Virus record (IMG/VR): IMGVR_UViG_3300001847_000386
Location: 1-56,677 of that record
DNA length: 56,677 nt
Reading direction: 5' to 3' (one strand)
Source of the DNA: a virus
Lineage: Duplodnaviria; Caudoviricetes
Positions 45,741 to 55,124 of this stretch are shown here, one piece after another. The stretch's first letter is position 1. Every line of letters starts with the position of its first letter. The notes beneath the pieces were generated by a model. It worked only from the letters and a program-made list of their open reading frames with translations. It did not search any database and was not told the origin of the DNA. A program made the position numbers and the translations under genes.

Positions 45741-46153
45741 TTAAGTTATTAAACATACTAAAAGAATCAGCTTATCCATTTTCAGAACATGATGTTCTAT
45801 ATGATGATGAGGATAATAGTTTATTAGTAGTTGAATATACTTTTAATACAAAACAAAATAAATACAAAGTCATTTTTGATTCTAAACAAAAAGAAAAAGA
45901 ATTTGAACTATCATTTGGAGTAGATACTGGAGAATTGAATAAAATAGATACATTTCAAATGACAGGAGAAGGAGATGCTAGAAATATTTTAGAAACAATA
46001 GCTGAAATAATTAATGATTTTTACTATCAATATGAAGAAGAAGTAGATAAGATTATTATTGATGGCACGAATGAAAAACGTAGGAGAATATATAAATTAT
46101 TTTTCCCTAAATTTATTAATCCTGAAGCCTTAAAAGTAGTACAAATAATATAA
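45737..46153 (+). CDS. hypothetical protein with MIKLLNILKE leader
   Basis: Leader; TG.GDA..I..T and R..IY motifs of a common phage family. Confidence 0.7.
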   Translation: MIKLLNILKESAYPFSEHDVLYDDEDNSLLVVEYTFNTKQNKYKVIFDSKQKEKEFELSFGVDTGELNKIDTFQMTGEGDARNILETIAEIINDFYYQYEEEVDKIIIDGTNEKRRRIYKLFFPKFINPEALKVVQII

Positions 46154-46172
46154 ATAAATTAAAATAATTGTT

Positions 46173-46742
46173 ATGAGCCAATCAAATTTAAAAAAAGAGT
46201 TTTCGAAAAGTACAGTACAAAGAATGAGGAATATTATTACAGGTAATGCTGGTGATAGAACTCAAATTCAATCAGGTTGGGAAAAGAAAAACACAGATTA
46301 TTCAGAAGGAGACATTTGGGAAGAAAATGGAAAACAGTGGACTATAAAGAATGGTATTAAGCAGACAATTACTAAATTAGATGGTATAAAAAGATTAGCT
46401 GTATTGCCTTTAACATGTCCTTGTTGTAATAAACCTATGAAAATACATGATTTGAATAAAAAAATGTATACTCTACATAACATGTGTTTTGATTGTGTTA
46501 TTGACATGGAAACAAAAATTAGAATAGATGGAAAGTGGGATGAGTACGTTTCTAAACAAAGAAATGCAAGTAAAAATGCTTCTTTAGAAGATTTTGAAAA
46601 TGCAGTTGAGTCTTGGATGAATCAAAATGATTCTTTTATAACTGAAAATGGAGATATCGAGAGCTGGAGTAAAGTAGATAAGACTAAAATATATAACGAA
46701 TTAAAATCAAATATAGAAAATTTAAAAAAGATTCAAATTTAA
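46173..46742 (+). CDS. hypothetical Zn-finger protein
   Basis: CPCC...CFDC. Confidence 0.75.
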   Translation: MSQSNLKKEFSKSTVQRMRNIITGNAGDRTQIQSGWEKKNTDYSEGDIWEENGKQWTIKNGIKQTITKLDGIKRLAVLPLTCPCCNKPMKIHDLNKKMYTLHNMCFDCVIDMETKIRIDGKWDEYVSKQRNASKNASLEDFENAVESWMNQNDSFITENGDIESWSKVDKTKIYNELKSNIENLKKIQI

Positions 46743-46763
46743 AATATTTATTAAAAACAAATT

Positions 46764-47399
46764 ATGCCGTATTCTATAGACTATAAAAATAAGTGCGTAT
46801 ATAAGAAAATTAAAAAAGTAAAAGACGGTAAGAAGATAACAGTAAGAGGAGAAAAAGTAGGATGTACAAAAGGAAGTCTAGATGATTATATAGCGGCATT
46901 ACAAATACATGCAGAAAACAAGATGAAAACTAAAAAAACTATAAAAGAAGCTGCTGACATGTCTTTATCAAATGTATATGCAGTACAAAATCCTTATTCA
47001 GGATGCCAAGTAACTGATCTTGTTAAACCAGTTGATCCATTAGTAGGTCTTCAACAAATACAACCTGATCAAATTCACTCAGTTTATGCTGACCAACCAA
47101 TGGCTCAGTCAGTAGCTGATAATCTATTTCAAGAGTATTCTAAAAAACAAGCCGCTTTAGAAGAGAAAAAAGAAGAAACTAGTAAAAAAGTTAAAACTGT
47201 ACTAGATACTCTAGAGAAAAAGAGAAAAGAGTATATGGATATGGCTAAAGAAGATCCAAAAAATGCTTCTAAACATAGAGAACAAATAGCATTAATAACA
47301 TCTAAGATAGATGATTTAATGACTAAGTTAGAAAAAATAGAAAAATCAAAAAAAGAAATAGAAAAAGAATCTGATAAAGACAAAAAAGATAAAAAATAA
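46764..47399 (+). CDS. hypothetical protein, coiled-coil C-terminus
   Basis: 211-aa ORF after ATATTTAT. Confidence 0.7.
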   Translation: MPYSIDYKNKCVYKKIKKVKDGKKITVRGEKVGCTKGSLDDYIAALQIHAENKMKTKKTIKEAADMSLSNVYAVQNPYSGCQVTDLVKPVDPLVGLQQIQPDQIHSVYADQPMAQSVADNLFQEYSKKQAALEEKKEETSKKVKTVLDTLEKKRKEYMDMAKEDPKNASKHREQIALITSKIDDLMTKLEKIEKSKKEIEKESDKDKKDKK

Positions 47400-47770
47400 T
47401 GGAACAATACGCAAAATTTATATCAACATTATTTTCTAGTCGTACTCAAGCTCATATATTCCATTTACAGACAACTGGAGAAGGATCATATGCTGCTCAT
47501 AAAGCTCTAAATGAGTACTATGATGAAATTGTAGAATTAGCTGATGGACTTGTAGAAAGTTTTCAAGGTAGATATGGAATTATCTATGGATATACAAGCC
47601 CAGCACAGTTTAAAGAAGATAATCAGCCATTAATATATTTTGAAGCACTATGTCAATATGTAGAAAGTGTAAGAAAAACACTACCTCAAGATAGCTATAT
47701 TCAAAATGAAATAGACAATGTAGTTGCTTTAATAGAATCTACTAAATATAAACTTAAGTTTTTACATTAA
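47399..47770 (+). CDS. ferritin/Dps-like protein (DUF5856-like)
   Basis: H..HL.T...YAAHKAL.EYY......D.L.E..QG motif. Confidence 0.75.
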   Translation: MEQYAKFISTLFSSRTQAHIFHLQTTGEGSYAAHKALNEYYDEIVELADGLVESFQGRYGIIYGYTSPAQFKEDNQPLIYFEALCQYVESVRKTLPQDSYIQNEIDNVVALIESTKYKLKFLH

Positions 47771-47773
47771 TAT

Positions 47774-48100
47774 ATGCATAAACATGAATTAAATGAGGGT
47801 GAATTCTGTCCGATGTGCTTAAAAGAGTATATTTTAGAGCACTATAATAAATTAGAAGAGGCAGAATATAAAGGTAGAACAGTGCAGTTAGGAAAACCTA
47901 TGGCTGGTGATGTAAAAAAATTCAAAGTGTATGTTAAAAACAATAAAGGGAATGTGGTTAAAGTTAATTTCGGCCAAAAAGGTGTTAAAATTAAAAAAAG
48001 CAATCCTAAAAGGAGAAAAAGCTTCAGAGCAAGACATCATTGTGATACAAATCCAGGACCAAGATGGAAAGCACGTTATTGGTCTTGTAGAAAATGGTAA
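47774..48100 (+). CDS. conserved phage basic protein
   Basis: KVNFG...RRKSFRARHHCD...ARYWSC.KW. Confidence 0.75.
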   Translation: MHKHELNEGEFCPMCLKEYILEHYNKLEEAEYKGRTVQLGKPMAGDVKKFKVYVKNNKGNVVKVNFGQKGVKIKKSNPKRRKSFRARHHCDTNPGPRWKARYWSCRKW

Positions 48101-48399
48101 ATATGAAAAAAATGTATAAATTAATTGATCTTTTAGAGATAGGAGATTATACTGCGGCTACAACAACCCAAACAGATGTTAATCCAGAGACTGGTAAAAT
48201 AACTTGGGATGTTAAATACAAACCAGATTTTAATGTTATATTTAAAAAACTTGATGATATTATCCATAATATACAAGATGCAGAAGATGATGAACATTTA
48301 TCTGATCCAGTTATAAATCAAAGTATTAAAGCTCTAAAAGCTGCTAAAAAAGCAATGCAAGATAGAGTATTAGAAAAATATCCAGAATTTTTAAAATAA
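48094..48399 (+). CDS. hypothetical protein with leader-like N-terminus
   Basis: MYKLIDLLE; D..TG.I.W.V.Y motif. Confidence 0.7.
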   Translation: MVNMKKMYKLIDLLEIGDYTAATTTQTDVNPETGKITWDVKYKPDFNVIFKKLDDIIHNIQDAEDDEHLSDPVINQSIKALKAAKKAMQDRVLEKYPEFLK

Positions 48400-48403
48400 A
48401 AAA

Positions 48404-49099
48404 ATGATAAAATTAAAACATTTACTCAACGAAGTTTCTTATGATAAATCAGGATTAAAAAATCCAAAGCTGGCTGATAGAGATAAAGACAATAAAATCT
48501 CTTCTTGGGAGAAAAAAGTTGGTCAAAATATAGAAAAAAATATAGATGAGTCAATCCCTGAGGATCAGTATAATATTGGAATGAAAAAGTATAGTGTAAC
48601 AAAACCTAAATTATCACAAAATGAAACTGAAAAAATAAAAGGTGGTGATGGTAAAGGTTGTTGGAAAGGATATAGATATGCTGGCACAGAAAATGGAAAA
48701 GATAAGTGTATTCGCATAAAAGAAGCAGAAGAAACATGTCAATGTGGTGCTAAAATGGAAAATAAATTGTGTACAGAGTGCGGATATATGCAAGAAGGCA
48801 TTGATGTATTAGGAAAACCATCTAGCGATCATGAGGCTTCAATGGCAAAAGCGGAATTAAGAGATATGATTGAAAATTCTCAAGATATTTACGAAATGAT
48901 TGAAGTAGGAACTGAATTACCTGCTTGGATTAGTTCATATATAACTTTAGCATCCGATTATATGCATTCTGTTAAAGAATATATGGCAGAAAAAACAGCT
49001 GAAATGGATTTAGAAGCGCCAGATGATGAAGATAGTTATGATTATGATCAAGAAGATTATGATGATTATAGTGATAGCGAGGAGGATTTTGATCGTTAA
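48404..49099 (+). CDS. modular putative head-internal protein
   Basis: MIKLKHLLNE leader; EF-hand-like DRDKDNKISSWE, CWKGY and C.CG..C.EC modules separated by xxE sites; acidic tail. Confidence 0.7.
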   Translation: MIKLKHLLNEVSYDKSGLKNPKLADRDKDNKISSWEKKVGQNIEKNIDESIPEDQYNIGMKKYSVTKPKLSQNETEKIKGGDGKGCWKGYRYAGTENGKDKCIRIKEAEETCQCGAKMENKLCTECGYMQEGIDVLGKPSSDHEASMAKAELRDMIENSQDIYEMIEVGTELPAWISSYITLASDYMHSVKEYMAEKTAEMDLEAPDDEDSYDYDQEDYDDYSDSEEDFDR

Positions 49100-49116
49100 T
49101 ATTAGAATATAAAATT

Positions 49117-51426
49117 ATGAATAATTTAGAAATATTAAAATTTTTATTGACAGAGGAAGAGGCCGATCGAATGGAACCAGCCCCAAAAACATTTGAGGAT
49201 GATCCAATGCATTTTATTTTAAACAAATATGTAAGTTTAAAAGAGATTTTAATTGAATTAATGTCTGAAAATTTTGAAGAATATTTAACTGGAATTTATA
49301 TTATAGCAGATAAACCTACAGAATTTAAAATAGTTTTGCATAATGGTCAATATTTCTTTTTAACATTCATGGGAGAGGCTTACGAAGCCACAGTTGCAGG
49401 CAAAAGATATTTTTTATTAACTACTGGTGAGAAGCAGAGATGCATGCTAGCTATTAAAAAGTTATTAAGATGGGGAAGCCCTCTTAAAACTAAAGGAGCT
49501 GAAGGTGCAGAGCAATCTGGTACAGAAGGTGGAGAGACTCCTGAAACACCACCAGCTGAAAGTTCAGAAACGGGAGGAGAAGAAACATCAGGAGGTGAAG
49601 AAGAAAAATTAGCAGAATCAAAATTAATAGATTTAAATATATTAGCTGAAGTTATAAAAAAATCTGATTCAACAGCTTTTCATAATTGGTATGAAACTAT
49701 AGACGCTACTAACATAACTCCATTTTTAGAAACTCCACCAATAGTTGAAGCACTAATAGATAAAAAAGTAACTGCACAAAATTTAATATCAACAGTATTA
49801 GGAAATCCATCTTATGATTGGAATCCAGTAGCAGTAGAAAGAATAAAAGAATTACAAAAAATAGTTAATAAAGATAAAAAAAGCGTTGATTTTATAAATA
49901 ATAGTTATTTAATGGGGAAAGAGGATTCATCTCCTATAGCTAATTCAAAAAATAATTTAAGATCATTAAATAATAATAAAACTATTAGTTCATTTATACA
50001 TGGAAAAATAAAAGATTTTTATAAAATTATTGAAGCAGCTGATAAAAATAAATCAGCAAATAAAGTATTTACAGCAGACGTAGTAGTATTTTGGGGACCT
50101 GTTCCCAATGATCCATTATCTGATTCAAAAATAGTGGATGCTATTAAAAAATCAGTAAATAATCCAAAAATAAAAAAAGGAACAACATCAGTTGTAGATT
50201 TGGGAAATGGAATATCTATGGCTTGCGTTAGTTTAAAAGCCAACACAGGAAGAATCGGAAAATTAACAAAGTATTTTGGTGGAGCATATGGTGTAGCAAC
50301 TGAAAGCTATATTCACGAAAAATCCGAAATCACAGAAAGTTTAATTAATGATTTTATAGAAAAATTAAAAAATTCCTCAGTAGGAAAAACTGTAATATCA
50401 TTATATAATAAAGCAAAATCTTTTTTTGATGATTTAGTTAATAGCATTAAAACAATATTTTCTAAAAATAACCAAAATGTAAAAGATTGGGAAAAAGCTA
50501 ATGAAGAGTTTTCTAAATTAGAAAATGAATTTAATCAAGGAGACTTACAAGAAGCAGACTCTTCAAATATTATATGTACTACTTGTCATCGTGATGTTGT
50601 AAAATCAATAAAACCATATTTGGACTCAGCAATTAGTGGGACTGCATTAGATGATTTTTTCTCTTTTATGGAAAAATATAGTAAGGGTTCATATTTAAAA
50701 ACTAGATTTGATAATGGAAGAAACATTTTTAGTAGTGAAGCAAAAAAACAATTAAAAATAGTAGAAGATAAAATTTTAAAAGGTAAAGAGTCTTCAAATA
50801 CTCCGCCAAAAAAAGGCAGATGTAGTGTAATTGTAGATTCAAAAGGATCTCCAATATCTTTTACAAGAGATGAAATTAAAAACTTATTATTTAATTATTC
50901 AAATGCATTATCACTAACTCTTTTAGACAGAATGTTTAAAGATGTACTAAAAAATGTGAAAATAAAAGATGCTCAAAAAATGAGGGATTCTTTATTACAA
51001 TTATCAGTAACTATTTCTGCAGAAGCAACTTATGGAAAATCTGGAAATTTACCATTAGTTAAATATACAGGTACTAGTTTAAAAAATTATGGTAAAAAAG
51101 AAGAGTACATAGAAAAAACAAAAAAAGATTTAGGGTCAATGATAAAATCAACAGAAACAAAATCTCAAGTTCCAATAATAGGTCTTAGGATAGAGCCATC
51201 TCAAGGAAAATCATCTGCTTCAGGTATTAAACCGTATTATTATGCAATGACTATGTATACATTATCGTCAATAAATCCTTCTGAAACTGGCGCTACAACA
51301 TTAAAGGATCTTAATTATACACAAGTAGCATTTAAGTGTAATAGTGGATCAGATTTTGCTTTTGTGGCAGAAGGAGATTCTATAATTAATGGAGAAAGTT
51401 TATCAAAAGTTTTTATAAATAGATAA
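49117..51426 (+). CDS. large protein, possible restriction-endonuclease-like (PD-(D/E)XK) C-domain
   Basis: N-domain, acidic linker, then TADVV...VSLK. Confidence 0.6.
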   Translation: MNNLEILKFLLTEEEADRMEPAPKTFEDDPMHFILNKYVSLKEILIELMSENFEEYLTGIYIIADKPTEFKIVLHNGQYFFLTFMGEAYEATVAGKRYFLLTTGEKQRCMLAIKKLLRWGSPLKTKGAEGAEQSGTEGGETPETPPAESSETGGEETSGGEEEKLAESKLIDLNILAEVIKKSDSTAFHNWYETIDATNITPFLETPPIVEALIDKKVTAQNLISTVLGNPSYDWNPVAVERIKELQKIVNKDKKSVDFINNSYLMGKEDSSPIANSKNNLRSLNNNKTISSFIHGKIKDFYKIIEAADKNKSANKVFTADVVVFWGPVPNDPLSDSKIVDAIKKSVNNPKIKKGTTSVVDLGNGISMACVSLKANTGRIGKLTKYFGGAYGVATESYIHEKSEITESLINDFIEKLKNSSVGKTVISLYNKAKSFFDDLVNSIKTIFSKNNQNVKDWEKANEEFSKLENEFNQGDLQEADSSNIICTTCHRDVVKSIKPYLDSAISGTALDDFFSFMEKYSKGSYLKTRFDNGRNIFSSEAKKQLKIVEDKILKGKESSNTPPKKGRCSVIVDSKGSPISFTRDEIKNLLFNYSNALSLTLLDRMFKDVLKNVKIKDAQKMRDSLLQLSVTISAEATYGKSGNLPLVKYTGTSLKNYGKKEEYIEKTKKDLGSMIKSTETKSQVPIIGLRIEPSQGKSSASGIKPYYYAMTMYTLSSINPSETGATTLKDLNYTQVAFKCNSGSDFAFVAEGDSIINGESLSKVFINR

Positions 51427-51437
51427 AATAATATTGT

Positions 51438-51791
51438 ATGTCATTTAATTTACAAAAATATTTAATAGAAAACAGTTTAACTTTAACTGGTAAAAGAAGA
51501 CTATCAGAAGATGTAGATCCTGATGAAACACCAGAACCTACAAAAGCTGATATGAAGCAGACTGATAAAGAGATGCGTGATCTTCAAAAAAACAAAAAAG
51601 AATTAGCTCAATTACAAGCTAAAGTGAAAGATGTAATAATGAAATTTACAAAAGATACACCTAAAGGAAAAGAACTAACTGACGTAGAAGGTTACAAAAA
51701 AGCAATAGGTGATATTCCAAATAAAATTAAACAATTAAAAAAGAAAATAGATGCAGTCGAAAATCCAAAAGTCGATGATAGTGAAGATTAA
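51438..51791 (+). CDS. hypothetical protein (MSFNLQKYLIEN leader)
   Basis: N-terminus similar to the 8051 gene. Confidence 0.7.
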   Translation: MSFNLQKYLIENSLTLTGKRRLSEDVDPDETPEPTKADMKQTDKEMRDLQKNKKELAQLQAKVKDVIMKFTKDTPKGKELTDVEGYKKAIGDIPNKIKQLKKKIDAVENPKVDDSED

Positions 51792-52128
51792 AAAAAATTA
51801 TAAGCCTATATTATATGTTATACTAGGTTTATTTTTATTATATGGTATTATCTGGATTACAACTAGAAAATCCCAAATGCCTGCAGATCTTAAAGCTACA
51901 ATTGATTCACTAACAAATGTTAATAAACAATTAATAGAACACCAAAAACAAATTGATAGCACAATATCTGTTTATGAAACAGAAGTTAAACAAGTGGATC
52001 ATCAAATAGATAATATAAAAGAAAAAACTGTAGTAATAAAAGAGTATTATCATGAAATAAATGATAAGGTCACTCATTATAATGCAGCTCAAATTGACTC
52101 ATTTTTTAAATCAAGATATAACTACTAA
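51751..52128 (+). CDS. membrane-anchored coiled-coil protein (spanin-like?)
   Basis: N-terminal TM plus coiled coil; true start probably downstream of 51751. Confidence 0.55.
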   Translation: MQSKIQKSMIVKIKKNYKPILYVILGLFLLYGIIWITTRKSQMPADLKATIDSLTNVNKQLIEHQKQIDSTISVYETEVKQVDHQIDNIKEKTVVIKEYYHEINDKVTHYNAAQIDSFFKSRYNY

Positions 52129-52562
52129 TGAAATACTTATTAATCATAATAATATCAATCCTACCAATAGTATCAAAATCACAAACAATTGCAACTTATG
52201 ATAGTTTAGGCAATGTTTATTATAGTGACACAATTAAATTACCTTATTCAGTAGCTAAAACAGTGGCTAAAGAATTAGTATCTTGTGATAGTTTAAAAGA
52301 GATACATGAGTTAACAAAAGAGCAATTATTTTTGACTGAGCAAAAGGTAGCTTTAAAAGATAGTATAATTTCTCAACATATCCAAAAAGGAATTTTATAT
52401 GAAGAGCGCATTAAAAATGAGCAACTTAAATTTGAAACTCAAGGCAAGTGGGTTGATGAATTACGTAAACAAAATAAAAAACTTAAAGTAAAATTAATAT
52501 TTACTAAGATAAGTTTGAGCGCTATTATAGGAGGACTAACTTATTTATATATCACAAAATAA
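52128..52562 (+). CDS. signal-peptide + coiled coil + C-terminal TM protein (spanin-like?)
   Basis: MKYLLIIIISILPIVSKS signal-like N-terminus; hydrophobic C-terminus. Confidence 0.55.
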   Translation: MKYLLIIIISILPIVSKSQTIATYDSLGNVYYSDTIKLPYSVAKTVAKELVSCDSLKEIHELTKEQLFLTEQKVALKDSIISQHIQKGILYEERIKNEQLKFETQGKWVDELRKQNKKLKVKLIFTKISLSAIIGGLTYLYITK

Positions 52563-52573
52563 AAAAATAAAGA

Positions 52574-53431
52574 ATGTTTTTAGTAAATGACCCAGGCCCT
52601 TGGCAATATTATATAAATAGAGTAGATAATATAGGATTATCCACTGATGCTATGAGACGTAAGTATTTAGCAGAGGCTAATCAATATACACAGCAAATGT
52701 TAATGATGCAATCAATGCAGGCTATTGCCTCAGCTGGTGGCTCAGTAGCAGATACTGTAGAGGAATTTCCTGGTGGTGGTAGTGGTGCATTAACATTTAA
52801 TGGAACATCACAATATTTTACTGCATTAAATTCTGATGTGATAAATTGGTTACCTGGCACTGGAGATTTTACCATTGAGTTTTTTATTAAAAACGGAACA
52901 CAATCGGTTGGAGCTCCTAGAGTATTCTCATTAGGATTTGATACTGGTGCAACTATTGGAATTTCAATTGAAGGCGGTTATGTTTATGTATGGCCTTATG
53001 GAAGCGATTTAAGAGGAACAACACCGGCCTCTTACAATAATGGAAGTGCTTGGATGCATGTTGCAATTTCTAGAAGCGGAACAACTACAAAATTATTTAT
53101 GAACGGAGTATTGAAAGCTACTAAGACTGGAGATACTAGAGATATTACAGATTCAATCAATCCTGGCTTTGACTTAAATGTTGGTGTTGATAATCCAGCA
53201 GCATTTGCACCAAACTGGTGGGCTGGTAAATTAACTAATTTCCGTTGGGATAACTCGGCACTATATACGGGTAGTTCATTAACAGTACCAACTTCTCCAT
53301 TAACTAAAACAGCAACTACTAAATTATTAATGTTAGGTGGTGGTGTTACTAACCCTGTATATGATGCAACAAAAACAAATAACTTGGTAAATCATAGTGC
53401 TGGATGGACAGCTGATACACCATTTACATAA
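52574..53431 (+). CDS. LamG/concanavalin A-like lectin domain virion protein
   Basis: L.FNG, GDFTIEFF, W.HVA..R.G...LF.NG and G.LTNFR motifs. Confidence 0.8.
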   Translation: MFLVNDPGPWQYYINRVDNIGLSTDAMRRKYLAEANQYTQQMLMMQSMQAIASAGGSVADTVEEFPGGGSGALTFNGTSQYFTALNSDVINWLPGTGDFTIEFFIKNGTQSVGAPRVFSLGFDTGATIGISIEGGYVYVWPYGSDLRGTTPASYNNGSAWMHVAISRSGTTTKLFMNGVLKATKTGDTRDITDSINPGFDLNVGVDNPAAFAPNWWAGKLTNFRWDNSALYTGSSLTVPTSPLTKTATTKLLMLGGGVTNPVYDATKTNNLVNHSAGWTADTPFT

Positions 53432-53512
53432 ATCTATACAATTATATAGCACTAGATAGATATATGATAATAATGACCGAATAGTATATATATTTATAAA
53501 TTAAAGAGATTC

Positions 53513-55111
53513 GTGTCAGAACAAATAAATATAAAAGAGAGAATAAAAGAAGAGTTTATTAAATGCTCTCAAGATCCTGTGTACTTTATGAGAAAGTATT
53601 ACATGATCCAACATCCACAAAGAGGTCGACAATTATTTGATCTCTATCCTTTTCAAGAAAAAGTTTTAAGATTATTTCAAAAATATCCTGACTCTGTGAT
53701 TAATAAATCAAGGCAGTTAGGTATCTCTACACTAGTATCTGCGTATTCTTTATGGCTAATGGTTTTTAATAAGGATAAAAATATTCTTGTTATTGCAACC
53801 AAGCAAGATACGGCAAAGAACATGGTAACTAAAGTACGCTTTGCATACGATAATTTACCAGTCTGGCTAAAAATAGGAACCACAGCAATTGAAAATAATA
53901 GACTTAGTTTAAGATTATCGAATGGATCTCAGATCAAAGCTGTTTCTGCAGCTGGTGACTCAGGTCGTTCTGAAGCCGTGTCTCTACTAGTAATAGATGA
54001 GGCTGCATTTATTGATAAAATTGAAGAGATTTATACAGCCGCAAAAATGACATTGGCTACCGGTGGTGGTTGTATAGCTTTATCTACTCCCAACGGCGTT
54101 GGTAACTGGTTCCATAAAACATATTCAGATGCTCAAAAGCAAGATAATAACTTTATTCCTATCTCATTACCATGGACAGTGCATCCAGAAAGAGATCAAA
54201 GCTGGAGAGATAAACAGGATATAGATTTAGGAAAAAGAAATGCTGCTCAAGAGTGTGATTGTTCATTCCTAAGCTCAGGTAATACAGTTATTGAGCCTGA
54301 GATTTTAACTTGGTACGAACAAAATATGATTACAGATCCATTAGAGAAGCGTGGCTTTGATAAAGCTTATTGGATATGGGAATATCCCGATCCACAAAAA
54401 TACTATGTTCTTGTGGCTGATGTGGCTCGTGGTGATGGTTCTGACTTTTCTGCATTCCACGTTATAGATATAGACACTATGACTCAAGTTGCAGAATATA
54501 AATCTCAAATTGGAACTAGAGAATACGCAAATGTTTTAGTGGCAGCAGCAACTGAATATAATCAAGCTTTACTTGTAGTAGAAAATGCAAATATAGGTTG
54601 GGACGTGGTACAATCTATTTTAGAAACTGGTTATTCTAATATGTATTATAGCATGAGATCTGAAGGAAATTCAGATTTTAATACATATCTAACTAGATCT
54701 GAAAGAACTGATGGATTAGTTCCAGGATTTACTACCTCTCAAAAAACTAGACCTAATGTCATAGAAAAAATGAGAGACGTTATTGAAAATAAAGTAGCTA
54801 CAATAAAGTCTATAAGACTTTTAGAAGAGTTGAGGGTGTTTATTTGGAAAAATAATAAACAACAAGCAATGAATGGTTACAATGATGATTTAGTAATGTC
54901 TTTTGCAATTTCTATGTATTTAAGAGAAACCTCTTTTAGGTATAAAAAAACTGCTGAAAGTCTAACTTATAGTGCATTAAGTAATTTTTCTAAAACATCA
55001 CAAGATAATCAATTTTATAATTCAAATAGTACATTTAATAAAAATCCATGGAATATTCAAATCCCAACAAATAATGGTGAACAAAATATGGATATAACTT
55101 GGTTAATATAA
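53513..55111 (+). CDS. terL: terminase large subunit (T4 gp17-like)
   Basis: LYPFQ, KSRQLGIST (Walker A), VIDEAAF (Walker B), STPNG, ADVARG.G.D.S and DDLVMS nuclease motifs. Confidence 0.96.
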   Translation: MSEQINIKERIKEEFIKCSQDPVYFMRKYYMIQHPQRGRQLFDLYPFQEKVLRLFQKYPDSVINKSRQLGISTLVSAYSLWLMVFNKDKNILVIATKQDTAKNMVTKVRFAYDNLPVWLKIGTTAIENNRLSLRLSNGSQIKAVSAAGDSGRSEAVSLLVIDEAAFIDKIEEIYTAAKMTLATGGGCIALSTPNGVGNWFHKTYSDAQKQDNNFIPISLPWTVHPERDQSWRDKQDIDLGKRNAAQECDCSFLSSGNTVIEPEILTWYEQNMITDPLEKRGFDKAYWIWEYPDPQKYYVLVADVARGDGSDFSAFHVIDIDTMTQVAEYKSQIGTREYANVLVAAATEYNQALLVVENANIGWDVVQSILETGYSNMYYSMRSEGNSDFNTYLTRSERTDGLVPGFTTSQKTRPNVIEKMRDVIENKVATIKSIRLLEELRVFIWKNNKQQAMNGYNDDLVMSFAISMYLRETSFRYKKTAESLTYSALSNFSKTSQDNQFYNSNSTFNKNPWNIQIPTNNGEQNMDITWLI

Positions 55112-55124
55112 TAAAAAAATAAAC

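Noticed and set aside
1280-53883. Other short ORFs antisense or nested in long genes (e.g. 4809, 5131, 8162, 12474, 22762, 23601, 27060, 27073, 43757, 47129, 50019, 52681, 53677)
   Set aside because: Fully overlap well-supported genes and have no motifs of their own.
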